This document shows, piece after piece, positions 1 through 17,700 of a stretch of DNA of 64,000 bases (position 1 is its first letter; the number at the start of each line of letters is the position of its first letter). The stretch comes from the human T2T-CHM13v2.0 reference genome, Homo sapiens. The notes beneath the pieces were generated by a model. The model searched no databases, was not told the origin of the DNA, and saw only the letters and a list, made by a program, of their open reading frames with translations. The translations under genes and the position numbers were made by a program. The stretch is taken from the NCBI RefSeq assembly GCF_009914755.1, contig NC_060943.1; one strand, 5' to 3'.

Positions 1-327
1 TGGATATAGTCTGTTTGTAGAGTCTACAAAGGGATGTTTGTGAATATTTTAAGGCCTGTGGTGAAAAAGTAAATATCTTCACATATAAACTAGACAGAAG
101 AATTCTGAGAAACTTCTTTGTGATGTGTGCATTCATCTCACAGAGTTGAACCTTTCTTTTGATTCAGCAGTTTAGAAAGAGTTTTTTTGTAGAATCTGGA
201 AATGGATATTTGGTTCACTTTGAGGCCTATGGTTAAAAAGGAAATATCTTCACATAAAAACTACACACAAACTTTCTGAGAAACTTCTTTGTGATGTGTG
301 CTTCATCTCACTGGGTTGAGCCTGTCA
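1..327 (+). repeat. Alpha satellite (ALR), monomeric, block A (left of first L1)
   Basis: Typical monomer text CTTCACATAAAAACTAGACAGAA...TGAGAAACTTCTTTGTGATGTGTGCATTCATCTCACAGAGTTGAACCTTTCTTTTGA at ~171 bp period. Confidence 0.98.
318..326 (+). repeat. Target-site duplication of first L1, left copy (GAGCCTGTC; right copy 2785-2793)
   Basis: The non-consensus satellite variant GAGCCTGTC occurs on both sides of the element, followed by ATTT/TTTT. Confidence 0.85.
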
Positions 328-2784
<2,457 letters not shown>

Positions 2785-2789
<5 letters not shown>

Positions 2790-5700
2790 TGTCTTTTCGT
2801 TGAGCAGTTTGGAAACAGTCTTTTTGAAGAATCTGCAAAGGGGTATTTGTGAGCTCTTTGAAGCCTATGTTGGAAAAGGAAATATCTTCACATAAAAACT
2901 AGACAGAAGCTTTTTGAGAAACTTATTTTTGATGTTTGCATTCACCTCACAGAGTTGAAACTTTCTTTTCTTTGAGCAGTTTGAAAATATCTTGTGTGCA
3001 ATCTGCCAACGCATAACTTGGAGTGGTTTGAGCCTATGGTGTAAAAGAAATATCTTCACATGAAAACTAGACAGAACCATTCAGAGAAACTTCACTGTGA
3101 TGAGCATTCATCTGACAGAATTGAACCTTTCTTTTGATTGGGCAGTTTGGAAACAGTCTTTTTCCTGTATTTGCAAAGAGATATTTGTGAGGCCTTTGAG
3201 GCCTAAGGTGAAATAGGATATTTCTTCACATAAAAACTAGACAGAAGATTTCTGATAAACTTCTTTGTGATGTGGGCATTTATCTTGCAGGGTTGAAACT
3301 TTCTTTTGATTGAGCAGTTTGGAAACAGTCTTTTTGTAGAATATGTAGAGGGATATTTGTGAGTGCTTTGAGGCCTATGGTGCAAATGGAAATATCTACA
3401 CATAAAAACTAGACAATAGCTTTCTAGGAAACGTCTTTGTGATGTGTGCATTCATCTCACATAGTTGAAAATTTCTTTTGATTGAGCAGTTTGGAAACAG
3501 TCTTTTTGTAGAATCTCCAAAGGTATATTTCTGAATTCTATGATGCCTACAGTGAAAAAGGAAATATCTTCACATAAAAACTAGACAGAAGCATTCTGAG
3601 AAACTCTTTCGGATGTGTGCATTTATCTCACAGTGTTGAACCTTTCCTTTGATTGAGCAGTTTGGAAACCGTATTTTTGTAGTATCTGCAAATGGATATT
3701 TGGTGTGCTTTGAAGCCTATGGTTGAAAAGGAAATATCTTCACATAAAAACTAGGCAGAGGCACTCTGAAAAAACTTCTTTGTGATGTGTGCATTCATAG
3801 CAATGAGTTGAACCTTTCTTTTTATTCAGCAGTTTAGAAACAGTCTTTTTTGTAAAATCTCCAAAGGGTGATTTGTGAGTCCTTTGAGGCCAATGGAGAA
3901 AAAGGAAATATATTCACATAAAAACTCGACAGAAGGTTTCTGAGAAACTGCTTGTGAAGTGTGTATTCATCTCACAAAGTTGAACCTTTCTTTTGATTGA
4001 GCAGTTTGGAAACCATCTTTGTGTAGAATCTGCAAAGGGATATTTGTGAGCCCTTTGAGACCTATGGTGAAAAAGGAAATATCTTCACATAAAAACTAGA
4101 TAGAAGCTTTCTGAGAAACTTCTTTGTGATATGTGCTTTCACCTTACAGAGGCGAAAATTTCTTTTGATTGAGCACTTTGGAAACAGTCTTTTAGTAGAA
4201 TCTGCAAAGGGATATTTGTGAGCCCTTTGAGGCCTATGGTGGAAAAGGAATTATCTTTACATAATAACTAGACAGAAGGTTTATGATAACCTGATTTGTG
4301 ATGTGTGCATTCATCTCAAGGGGTAAACGTTTCTTTTCTTTGAGCAGATTGGAAACTCTGCTCTTGCAGAATCTTCAAAGGGATATTTGTGAGCCCTTTT
4401 ATTCCTATGGTGAAAAAGTAGATAGCTTTACATAAAAACTAGACAGAAACTTTCTGAGAAACTTCTTTGTGATGTGTGCATTCATCTCACAGACTTGAAG
4501 CTACTTTTGAGTGAGCAGTTTGGAAACTGTCTTTTCATAGTAACTGCAAAGGTATGTTTGTGAGATCTTTGAGGCCTATGGAGAAAAAGGAAATATCTTC
4601 ACATAAAACTAGACAGAAAGTTTGTGAGAAACTGCTTTCTGATGTGTGCATTCATCTCACAGAGTTGAATAATTCCTTTGATTGAGCAGTTTGGAAGCAA
4701 TCTTTTCGTAGAATCTACAAAAGGATATTTGTGAGCCCTTTGAGGCCTGTGGTGATAATGGAAATATTTTCACATAAAAACTAGACAGCATCTGAGAAAC
4801 AAATTTGTGATGTGTGCATTCATCTCACACTGTTGAAACTTTCTTCTGATTGTGTAGTTTGGAATCATACTTTATGTAGAATCTGCAAAGGGATATTTGT
4901 GATCCCTTTGAGGCCTATGGGGAAATAGGAACTATCTTCACATAAAAACTAGACAGAAGGTTTAGGAGAAACTGGTTTGTGATGTGTGCATTCATCTCAC
5001 AGTTTTAAACTCTTTCTTTCTTTGAGCAGATTGGAATCTCTGTTCTTATAGAATCTGCAAAGGGAAATTGGTGAGTGCTTTGAGGCCAGTAGTGAAAAAG
5101 GAAATATCTTCACATAAAAACTAGACAGAAGCTTTCTGAGAAACTTCTTTGTGATATGTGCATTCATGTCACAGAATTGAACGTATTTTGATTGAGCAGT
5201 TTGGAAACACTCTTTTTGAAGAATCTGCAAGGGGATGTTTGTGAGCGGTTTGAGATCTATGATGAAAAAGGAAATACCTTTACCTAAAAACTAGACAGAA
5301 ACCTTCTGAGAAACTTCTTTCTGATGTGTGCATTCATCTCATGGAGGTAAACGTTTCTTTTCATTGAGCAGATTGCAAACCCTGTTCTTGTAGAATCTGC
5401 AAAGGTGTGTTTGTGAGACCTTTGAAGCCTGTGGTGTAAAAGGAAATATCTTCATATAAAAAGTAGACAGATGCTTTCTGAGAAACTTCCCTGTGATGTG
5501 TGCTCTCATCTCACAGAGTTGAACCTTTCTTTTAATTGAGCAGATTGTAAAAAGTGTTTTTGTAGAATCTTCAAAGGGCTATCTGTAACGCTTTGTGGCC
5601 TATGGTGAAAAAGGAAGTATATTCACATAAAAACAGGACAGAAGCATTCTGAGAAGCTTCTTTGTGATATGGGCATTCATCTCGTATAGTTGAACCTTTC

Positions 5701-8700
5701 TTTTGATTGAGCAGTTTAGAAAGTCTTTTTGTAGAATCTGCAAAGGGATATTTATGAGTGGTTTGAGGCCTATGGTGAAAAAGGAAATATCTACACATCA
5801 AAACTAGAGAGGAGTTTTCTGAGAAACTGCGTAGTGATGTGTGCCTTCATCTCACAGAGGTAAATGGTACTTTTTATTGAGCAGATTGGAAACCCTGTAC
5901 TTGTATAATCTGCAAAGTGATATTTGTGAGTGCTTTGAGGTATATAGCAGAAAAGGAAATATTTTCACATAAAAAGTACTCAGATGTTTTCTGAGAAACT
6001 TCCTTGTGATGTATGCATTCATCTCACAGAGTTGAACCTTTGTTTTGATTAAGGTGATTGGAAAAAGTATTTTTGTAAAATCTGCCAATGTATATATGTG
6101 AGCACTTTGTGGCCTATGTTGAAAAAGGAAATATCTTCACATAAAAACTGGAGAGAAGGTTTATGAGAAACTGCTTTGTGATGTATGCATTCATCTAATA
6201 GCATTGAATTTTCTTTTTATTGAGCATTTTGAGAAAAGTCTTTGGTTAGAATCTGCCAAGGGATATTTGTTAGCACTTTGAGCTGTACGGTGAAAAAGAG
6301 AATATCTTCACATAAGAACTAGACAGAAGCCTTCTGAGAAACTGCTTTGTGATGTTTGCATTCATCTCACAATATTGAACCTTTCTTTTGATTGAGCAGT
6401 TTGGAAGCTGTCTTTTTGTAGAATCTGCAAAGGGAAATTTGTGATCGCTTAGAAGACTATGGTGAAAAAGGAAATATCTTCACATAAAAACTAGACAGAA
6501 GCTTTCTGAGAAACTTCTCTGTAATGTGTGCATTCATAGCACAGAGTTGAACCTTTTGTTTGATTGAGCAGTTTGTAAACAGTCTTTTTGTTGAATCTGC
6601 AAGGGGATAATCAGAGTGCTTTGAGGCCTATGGTGAAAAAGGAAATATCTTCACATAAAAACTACACAGAATCATTCTGAGAAACTTCTTTGTGATGGGT
6701 GCATTTATCTCCCAGAGTTAAACGTTTCTTTTGATTGAGCAGTTTGGAAACAGTCTTTTTGTTGAATCTGCAAGGGAATATTTATAGCGCTCTGGGGCCT
6801 ATGGTGAAAAAGGAAGTAACCTCACTTAAAAACTAGACAGAAGCTTTCTGAGAAACTGTTTTGTGATGTGTGCATTCATCTCACAGAGTTGAAACTTTCT
6901 TTTCATTGAGCATTTTGGAAACAATCTTTTGTAGAATCTGCAAAGGGATATTTGGTGCACTTTGAGGACTGTGGTGAGAAAGGAAATATCTTCATATAAA
7001 AACTAGACAGAAGCATTCTGGGAAACATCTCTGTGATGTGTCTATTCAACTCAGAGAGTTGAAACTTTCTTTTGATTGAGCAGTTTGGAAAGAGTCTTTC
7101 TATAGAATCTGCAAGGGGATATTTTTGAGTCCTTTGAGGTCTATGGTGAAAAAGGAAAAATCTTCACTTAAAAACTAGGCAGAAGGTTTCTGAGAGACTG
7201 CTTCATGATGTGTGCATCCATCTCTCAGAAGTAAACGTTTCTTTCCATTGACAATATTGGATACTCTGTTCCTGTAGAATTCGCAGAGGGATATTTGTGA
7301 CTGCTTTGAGGCCTACGGTGGAAAAGGAAATATCTTCACATAAATACTAGACAGAAGCTTTCTGAGAAACTACTTTGTGATGTGTGCATTCGTCTCACAC
7401 AGTTGAAACTTTCCTTTGATTGAGCAGTATGGAAAAAGCCTCCTTGCAGGGTCTACAAAGGGATATTTGTGAGCAGTTTAAGAACTATGGTGAAAAAGGA
7501 ATTATGTTCTCATAAAAACTGGACAGAAGCTTTCGGAGAAACTTCTTTGTAATGCGTGTATTCATCTCACAGAGTTGAAACTTTATTTTGATTGAGCAGT
7601 TTGGAAACCGTCTTTTTGTAGAATCAGCAAATGGATATTTATGAGGGCCATGAGGTCTCAGGTAAGAAAAGGAAATATCTTCACATAAAAACTAGACAGA
7701 AGGTTCCTGAGAAACTGTTTTCAGATGTGTGCCTTCATCTCACAGAGGTAAATGTTTCTTTTCATTGAGCAGATTGGAAACTCTCTTTTTTGAGAATCTG
7801 CAAGGGAATATTAGTGAGTGGTTTGAGGCCTATTGTGAAAAAGGAAATATTTTCACATAAAAATTAGGCAGAAGCTTTCAGAGAAACTTCTTTGTGATGT
7901 GTGCATTCATCTCACAGATTTGAACCTTTCTTTTGATTGAGCAGTTTGGAAACATTCTTTTTGTAGAATCTGCAAAGGGATATTTGTGAGCACTTTGAGG
8001 CTTTTGGTGCAAAAAAGGAAATATCTTCATATGAAAACTAGACAGAATTTTTCTGAGAAACTGCTTTGTGATGCGTGCATTCATCTCACAGAGTTGAAAC
8101 TTTCTTTTGATTGAACAGTTTGGAAACAGTCTTTTTGTAGAATCTGCCAAGGGATATTTGTGAGCGCTTTGAGGCCTATGGTGAAAAGAACTGTCTTTTG
8201 ATTGATCAGTTTAGAAACAGTCTTTCTGTAGTATCTGCAAAGGGATATTTGTGAGGGCCTTGAGGCCCATATTGAGAAAGGAAATATCCTCATATAAAAA
8301 CTAGACAGAAGGTTTCTGAGTAACTGCTTTGTGATGTGTGCATTCATCTCACACAAGTAAACATTTCTTTTCATTGAGCAGATTGGAAACTCTGTTCTTG
8401 TAGAATCTGCAAAGGGATATTTGAGGAAGTTTTGATGCCTGGGGTGAAAAAGGAAATATCTTCATATGAAAACGAGACAGAAGCTTTCAGAGAAACTTCT
8501 TTGTGATGTATGCATTCGTCTCACACAGTTGAACCTTGGTTTTGATTGAGCATTTTGGAAACGTCTTTTTGCAGAATCTGCAAAGAGATATTTTTGAGGG
8601 CCTTGAGGTCTATGGTAAAAAAAGGAAATATCTTCACATAAAAACTAAACAGAAGTTTTCTGAGAAAGTGCTTTGTGATGTGTGCTTTCATCTCCAGAGG

Positions 8701-11700
8701 TAAATGTTTATTTTCATTGAGCCAGTTGGAAACTCTGATCTTTGAGAATCTGCAAGGGGATATTTCTGAGTGGTTTGAGGCCTATTGTGAAAAAGGAAAT
8801 ATTTTCATATAAAAACTAGACCGAAGCTTTCTGAGAAACTTCTTTGTGATGTGTTCATTCATCTCACAGAGTTGAACCTTTCTTTTGATTGTACAGTTTG
8901 GAAACAGTCTTTTTGTAGAATCTGCAAAAGTGTATTTGGGAACCCTTTGAGGCATATGTTGAAAAAGGAAATATCTTCACATAAAAACTAGACAGAAGCT
9001 TTCTTAGAGACTGCTACATTTTGTGGGCATGCATCTCACAGAGGTAGAAATTTCTTTTCATTGAGCTGATTGGAAACCTTCCTCATATAGTATCTGCAAA
9101 GGGATATTTGTGACCGCTTTTTGGCCAGTGGTGAAAAAGGAAATGTCTTCACATAAATCTAGACAGACGCATTCTGAGAAACTTCTTTGAGATGTGTGCA
9201 TTCATCTCATGGAGTTGAACCTTTCTTTTGATTGAGCAGTTTGGAAACAGTCAGTTTGTAGAATCTGTAAAGTGATATTTGTGAGCAGTTTGAAGCGTAT
9301 GGTGAAAAAGAAAAAATCTTCCCATAAAAACTAGATAGGAGAATTCTGAGAAACTGCTTTGTTATGTGTGCATTCATCTCAAAGATTTGAACCCTCCGTT
9401 TGGTTGAGCAGTTTGGAAACAGCATTTTTGTAGAGTATGCAAAGGGATATTTGTGAGTCATTGGAGTCCTGTGGTGAAAAAGGAAAATCTTCATATGAAA
9501 ACAAGACAAAGGCTTTCTGAAAAACTGCTTGTGATGTGTCCATTCATCTCACATAGTTGAAACTTTCTTTTGAATGACTAGTTTGGAAACAGTCATAACT
9601 GTCTTTTTGTAGAATCTGCAAAGGGATATTTGTGAGTGCTTTGATGCCTGTGGTGAAAAAGGAAATATCTTCACATAAAAAAATAGAAGATTTCCGAGAA
9701 ACTTCTTTGTGATGTGTGCATTCATCTCACAGAGTTGAATCTTTCTTTTGATTGAGCAGTTTGGAAACAGTCTTTTTGTAGAATCTCCAAAGGGATATTT
9801 TTCAACCCTTTGAGGTCTATGGTGAAAAAGGAAATATCTTCACATAAAAAATAGACAGAATGTTTCTGAGAGACTGTTTCATGATGAGGGCATTCATCTC
9901 AAAGAGGTAATTATTTCTTTTCATTGAGCAGATTGGAAACTCTCTTCTTGTATAATCTGCAAAGGGATATTTTTGACTGCTTTGAGACCTGTGGTGAAAA
10001 AGGAAATATCTTCACATAAAAACTAGACAGAAGCTTTCTGGGAAATGGCTTTCTGATGTGTGCATTCATCTCACTGAGTTGAAACTTTCTTTTGATTGAG
10101 GAGTTTGGAAGAGTCTTTTCATAGAATCTGCATAGGGATATTTGTGATTGGTTTGAGGCCTACGGTGAAAAAGGAAATATCTTCACATAAAAACTAGACA
10201 GAAGCTTTCTGAGAAACTTCTTTGTGATGCTTGGATTCATCTCATAGAATTGAAACTTTCTTTTGATTGATCAGTTTGGAAAGACTCTTTTTGTAGAGTC
10301 TGTAAAGGGATATTTGTGAGCTGTTTGAGTCCTGTGGTGAAAAGGAAAATAACTTCATATGAAAACTAAATAGAATCTTTCTGAGAAAATGCTTTGTGAT
10401 GTGTGCATTCATCTCGCAGAGTTGAAACTTTCTTTTGATTGAGCAGTTTGGAAACAGTCTTTTTATAGAATCTGCAAAGGCATATTTGTGAGCAGTTTGA
10501 GGCCTATGGTGAAAAAGGAAATATCTTCACATAAAAACTACACAGAATCCTTCTGAGAAACTTCTTTGTGATGTGTGCATTCATCTCAAAGAGTTGAACC
10601 TTTCTTTTGATTAAGCAGTTTGGAGGCATTCTTCTTGTAGTATCTCCAAAGGTATATTTGTGAGTGCTTTGAGGCCTATGGTGAAAAAAGAAATATCTTC
10701 ACATAAAAACTAGACAGAAGCTTTATGAGAAACTTCTTTGTGATATGTGCATTCATCTCACAGTTGAAATTTTCTTTTGAATGAATAGTTTGGAAAGTGT
10801 CTTTTTGTAGAATGTGCAAAGGGATATTTATGAGCCCTTTGAGGCCTATGGCAAAAAAGGAAATATCTTCAAATAAAAATTAGACAGAATGTTTCTCAGA
10901 AACTGCTTCATGACATGGGCATTCATTTCACAGAGGTAAACGTTTCTTTTCATTGAGTAGATTGGAACCTCTCTTCTTCTAGAGTCTGCAAAGGGATGTT
11001 TGTGAGCACTTTGAGGCCTATTGTGAAAAAGGAAATATTTTCACATGAAAACTAGACAGAAGCTTTCTGAGAAACTACTTTCTGATGTGTACATTCATCT
11101 CAAATAGTTGAACATTTCTTTTGATTGAGCAGTTTGGAAGCACTCTTTTTGTAGAATCTGCAAAGAGATATTTTTGAGCGCTTTCAGGCCTATTATGAAA
11201 AAGGAAATATCTTCACATAAAAACTAGACAGAAGCTTTCTGAGAAAATTCTCTGTGATGTGTGAATTCATCTCACATAGCTGAGACTTTCTTTTGATTGT
11301 CAATTTGGCAAAAGTGTTTTTGTAGCATCTGCAAACGGATATTTGTGGGCTGTTTGAGGCCTATGGTGAAAAAGGAAATGTCTTCACATAAGAACTAGAC
11401 AGAAGATTTCTGAGAGACTGCTTCATGATGTTGGCATTCATCCCACAAAGGTAGACATTACTTTTCATTGGGCAGATTTGAAACCCTCTTCTTGTAGAAT
11501 CCACAAAGTTAGATTTGGGACCACTTTCAGTCTGTGGTGAAAAACTAAATATCTTCAAATAAAAACCAGACAGAAGCTTACTGAGAAACTGATTTGTGAT
11601 TTGTGCATTCATCTCACACAGTTGAAACTTTCTTTTGATTGAGCAGTTTGGAAACAGTCTTTTTGTAGAGTCTGTAAAGGGATATCTGTGAGTGGTTTGA

Positions 11701-14700
11701 GGCATATGGTTAAAAATGAAATATCTTCACATAAACCTAGACAGAAATTTTGTGAGAAACTGCTTTGTGATGTGTGCATTAATCTCAAAGAGTTGAAACT
11801 TTCTTTTGATTGAGCAGTGTGGAAACAGCCTTTTCATAGAATTTCCAAGGGGATATTTGTGAGCCCTTTGAAGCCTATGGTGAAAAAGGAAATATATTCA
11901 CATGAAAACTAGACAGAAGGTTTCTGGGAGACTGCTTTGGGATGTGGGCAATCGTCTCACAGAGGTAAACATTTATTTTCACTGAGCAGATTGGAAACTC
12001 TCTTGTGGTATCTGCCAAGGGATATTTGTGACCACTTTGAGGCCTGTGGTGAAAAAGGAAATATCTTCACATAAAAACTAGGCAGAAGCTTTCTGAGAAA
12101 CTTCTTTGTGATGCCCGCATTCATCTCACAGAGTTGAAACTTTCTTTTGATTGATCATTTTGGAAACAGTCTTTTTGTAGAATCTGTAAAGGAATATTTG
12201 TGAGTGGTTTGAGTCCTATGGTGAAAAAGGAAAAATCTTCACTTCAAAAAATAGACAGAAGATTTCTGAGAAACTTCTCTGTGATGTATGCATTCATCCC
12301 ACAGAGGTTAATCTTTCTTTCAATTAAGCAGTTTGGAAACAGCCTTTTTGTAGCATCTGCAAAGGGATATTTGTGAGCCCTTTGAGGCCTATGGTCAAAA
12401 GGGAAATAACTTCCTATGAAAACTAGACAGAATCTTTCTGAGAAACTGCTTTGTGATGTGTGCATTCATCTCACAGAGTTGAAACTTTTTTTTTTGGTTG
12501 AGCAGTTTGGAAACATTCTTTTTGTAGATCTGCAAAGTGTTATGTTTGAGCAGTTTGAGGCCAATGGTGATAAAGGAAATATCTTCCCATCAAAACTAGA
12601 CAGAAGCTTTCTGAGAAACTTCTTTGTGATGTCTACATTCATCTCAGAGAGTTGAAGCTTTCTTTTGATTGAGCATTTATGGAAAAAGTATTTTTGTAGA
12701 ATCTGTAGAGGGATATTTGTAGCAACTTGAGGCCTATGGTGAAAAAGGAAATCTCTTCACATTAAAACTAGACAGAAGGTTTCTCAGAGACTGCTTCATG
12801 ATGTGGGCATTCATCTCACAGAGGTAGATATTTCTTTTCATTGAGCAGATTGGAAACCCTCTTCATGAAGTATCCGCAAAGGGATATTTGTGAACACTTT
12901 GTGGCCTATGGTGAAAAAGGTAATATCTTCACATAAAAACTAGACAGAAGCATTCTGAGACACTTCTTTGTAATGTGTGCATTCAACTCACAGACTTGAA
13001 CGTTTCTTTTGATTGAGCAGCTTGGAAACAGTCTTTTTGTAGAATCTGTAAAGGGATATTTGGAGCAATTTCAGGCCTATGGTGAAAAAGGAAATATCTT
13101 CACACAAAAAGTAGACAGAATGGTTCTGACAGACTGCTTAGTGATGAGGGCATTCATCTCAAAGAGGTAAAGATTTCTTTTCATTGAACATATTGGAAAC
13201 TCTCTTCTTGTAGAATCTGCAATGGGATATTTGTGACTGCTTTGAATCCTGTGGTGAAAAAGGAAATATCTTCACATAAAAACTAGACAGACGCATTCTT
13301 GGAAACTGCTTTCTGATGTGTACATTCATCTCACAGATTTGAACCTTTCTTTCGATGGAGCAGTTTGGAAGAGTCTTCTTGTAGAATCTACATAGGGATA
13401 TTTGTGAGCAATTTGAGGCCTGTGGTGAGAAAGGAAATATCTTCACATAAAAACTAGACAGAAGTTTTCAGAGAAACTTCATTGTGATGTGTGCACTAAT
13501 CTGACAGAGATGAACCTTTCTTTTGATTGAGCAGTTTGGAAAGAATCTTTTTCTAGAGCCTGCAAAGGGATATTTGTGAGCACTTTGAAGCCTGTGGTGG
13601 AAAAGGAAATATCTTCACATAAAAATTCGACAGAAGCTTTCTGAGAAACTTCTTTGTTATGTGTGCATTCATTTCACAGAGGTAAGCATTCCTTTTCCTT
13701 GGGAAGATTTGAAGCTCTTTTCTTTTAGAATCGAAGGGGATATTTGTGAGCGCTTTGAGACCTACAGTGAAAAAGGAAATATCTTCACATAAAAACTACA
13801 TAGAATCTTTCTGAGAAACTTCTTTGTGATGTGTGCATTCATCTCACAGATTTGAACCTTCCTTTTGATTGAGCAGTTTGGAGACTGTCATAACAGTCTT
13901 TTTGTAGAATCTGCAAGGGGATATTTGAGAGTGGTTTGAGGTCTAGGGTGAAAAAGGAAATATCTTCACATGAAAACTAGATAGAAGGTTTCTGAGAAAT
14001 TTCTTTGTGATGTGTGCATTTTTCTCAAAGTGTTGAACCATTCTTTTGATTGAGCAGTTTGGAAAAAGTCTTTTTGTAGCATCTGCAAAGGGACATTTGT
14101 GAGCACTTTGAGGTCTGTGGTGAAAAAGGAAATATATTCCCATAAAAACTAGACAGCAGATTTCTGAGAAACTTAATTGTGATGCCTGCATTCATCTCAC
14201 AGAGTTGAAACTTTCTTTTGATTAATCAGTTTGGAAACAGTCATTTTGCAGAAGCTGTAAAGGGATATTTGTGAGTGGTTTGAGTCCTATGGTGAAAAAG
14301 GAAAAATCTTCACATAAAAACCAGACAGAAGATTTCTGAGAAACTTCTTTGTGATGTGGCATTTATCCCACAGAGTGAACCTTTCTTTCAGTTAAGCAGT
14401 TTGGAAACAGCCTTTTTGTTGGATCTGCAAAGGGATATTTGTGAGCCCTTTGAGGCCATTGCTGAAAAGGGAAATAACTTCATAGGAAAACTAGACAGAA
14501 TCTTTCTGAGAAACTGCTTTGTGATGTGTGCATTCATCTGACAGAGTGGAAACTTTCTTTTGATTGGGCAGTTTGGAAACATTATTTTTGTAGAATCTGC
14601 AAAGTGTTATTTGTGAACGGTTTTAGGCCTACGGTGAAAAAGGAAATATCTTCATATAAAAACTAGGCAGAAGCTTTCTGCAAAACTTTTTTGTGGTATG

Positions 14701-17700
14701 TGCATTCATCTCACAGAGTTGAAACTTTCTTTTGATTGAATAGTTTGGAAAGCGTCTTTTTGTAGAATCTGCAAAGGGATATTTGTGATTGCTTTGAGGC
14801 CTATGGTGAATAAGGAAATATCTTCATATAAAAACTAGACAGAAGGTTACTGAGAAGCTGGTTCATGATGTGGGCATTCATCTCACAGAAGTAAACGTTT
14901 CTTTTCATTGAGCAGATAGGAAACTCTGATCTTGTAGTATCTGCAAAGGGAGATTTGTGAGGACTTTGAGGCATATGATGAAAAAGAAAATATCGTCACA
15001 TAAAAATTAGGCAGTAGCTTCATGAGAAACTTCTTTGTGATGTGTGCATTTATCACACAGAGTTGAACCTCTCTTTGCATTGAGCAGTTTGCAAAAGTAC
15101 TTTTGTAGAATCTGCAAAGGGATATCTTTGAGCGCTTTGAGGCTTATGGTGAAAAAGGAAATAACTTCACATAAAAACGAGACAGAAGATTTCTGAGAAA
15201 CTTCTTTGTATTGTGTGCAGCCATCTCACAGTGTTTAACTTCTGTTTTCATGGAGCAGTTTGGAAACAGTATTTTTGTAGAATCTGCAAAGGGATATTTC
15301 TGAGCGCTTTGAGTCCTATGGTGAAAAAGGAAATATCTTCACGTGGAAACTAGACAGAAGTTTTCTGAGAAACTTCTTTGTGATGTGTGCACTCATCTCA
15401 CGGAGTTGAACCTTTCTTTTGATTGAATAGTTTGGAAATAGTCCTATTGTCGAATGTACAAAGGGATATTTGTGAGCGCTTGGAGGGCTGTGGGAAAAAA
15501 AGGAAATATCTTCATATAAAAACTAGAAAGAAGCTTTTTGTGAAACTATTTTGTGATTTGTGCATTCATGTTACAGAGCTGAATATTTCCCTTGATGGAG
15601 CAGCTTGGAAACAGTCTTTGGATACTCTGTATGGGGATATTTGTCTGCCCTTTGAGGCCTGTTTTGAAAAAGTATATATCTTCACATGAAAACTCGATAA
15701 AAGATTTCTGAAAAACTGATTTGTGATGTGTGCATTCATCTCACAGAGTTGAACCTTTCTTTTTATTGAGCAGTTTGGAAACAGTCTTTTTGTGGAATCT
15801 GCAAAGGCATATTTGTGAGCACTTTGAGGCCTAGGGTGAAAAAGGAAATATCTTCACATGAAAACCAGACAGAAGCTTTCTGAGAAACTTCTTTGTGATG
15901 TGTGCATTCAGCTCACAGTGTTGAACTTTTCTTTTGATTGAGCAGTTTGGAAAACATCTTTTTGTAGTATCTGCATAGGGATATTTGTGAGTGGTTTGAG
16001 GACTATGGTGAAAAAGGAAATACCTACACATAAAAACTAGACTGGACCTTTCAGAGAAACTTCTTCATGCTGTGTTCATTCATCTCACAGGGTTGAAACT
16101 TTCTTTTGATTGAGCATTTTGGAAACAGTCTTTTTGTAGAATCTGCAAAGGGATATTTGTGAGCCCTTTGTGGTCTATGCAGAAAAAGAATATATCTTCA
16201 CATGAAAACTAGATAGAAGGTTTCTGAGAAATTTCTTTGTGATGTGTGCATTTTTCTCAGAGTTGAACCATTATTTTGATTGAGCAGTTTAGAAAAAGTC
16301 TTTTTGTAGCATCTGCAAAGGGATGTTTGTGAGCACTTTGAGGTCTATGTTGAAAAAGGAAATATCTTCACATAAAAACTAGACATAATATTTCTGAGAG
16401 ACTGCTTAATGATGTGGGCATTCATCTCATAGAGGTAGACATTACTTCTCATTGAGCAGATTGGAAACCCTCTTCTTGTAGAATCCACAGAGGGAGATTT
16501 GTGACCGCCCTCAGGCCTGTGGTGAAAAAGGTAATATCTTCACATAAAAACTAGATAGTAGCATTCTGAGACACTTCTTTGTGATGTGTGCATTCATCTC
16601 ACAGAGTTGAACCTTTCTTTTGGTTGAGCAGTTTGGAAACAGTCTTTTTGTAGAATCTGTAAAGGGATATTTTTGAGCAGTTTGAGGCCAATGGTGAAAA
16701 ATGAAATATCTTCACATAAAAACCATACAGAAGTTTTCTGAGGAACTGCTTTGTGATGTGCATTAATCTCACAGAGTTGAACATTTCTTTTGATTAAGTA
16801 GTTTGGAAACAGTGTTTCTGTAGAATCTGCAAAGGGATATTTGTGAGTGGTAGGAGGCCTAAGGTGAAAAAGGAAATATCTTCACATAAAAACTAGAGAG
16901 AAGCTTTCTGAGAAACTTCTTTGTGATGTGTGCATTCATCTCACATAATTGAACCTTTTTTTTGATTGAGCAGATTGGAAACAGTCATAGCAGTCTTTTT
17001 GTAGAATCTGCAAAGGGATATTTGTGATCGCTTTGAGGCCTATGGTGGAAAAGGAAATATATTCATGTAGAAACTACCCAGAATCTTTCTGAGAAACTAC
17101 TTTTTGATGTGTGCATTCATCTCACAGAGTTGAACCTTTGTTTTTATTGAGAAGTTTGGAAATTGTCATTACCATCTTTTGGTAGAATCTGAAAAGGGAT
17201 ATTTTTGAGCGGTTTGAGTCCTGTGTGAAAAGGGAAATAACTTCATATAAAAACTAGACAGAAGCTTTCTGAGAAACTTCTTTGTGATGTGTGCATTCAT
17301 CTCAAAGGGTTAAACCTTTCTTTTGATTAAGCAGTTTGGAGACATTCTTTTTGTAGTATCTCCAAAGGTGTATTTTTGAGTGCTTTGAGGCCTACGGTGA
17401 AAAAGGAAATATCTTCACATGAAAACTAAATGGAAGCTTTCTGAGAAACTTCTTTGTGATATGTGCATTCATCTCACAGATTTGAAACTTTCTTTTGATT
17501 GAATAGTTCAGAAAGTGTCTTTTTGTAGAATCTGCAAAGGGATATTTTTGAGCCCTTTGACGTCTATGGCAAAAAAGGAAATATCTTCACATAAAAATTA
17601 GACAAAATATTTCTCAGAAACTGCTTCATGACATAGGCATTCATCTCACAGAGGTAAACGTTTCTTTTCATTGAGCAGATTGGAAACTCTCTTCTTCTGG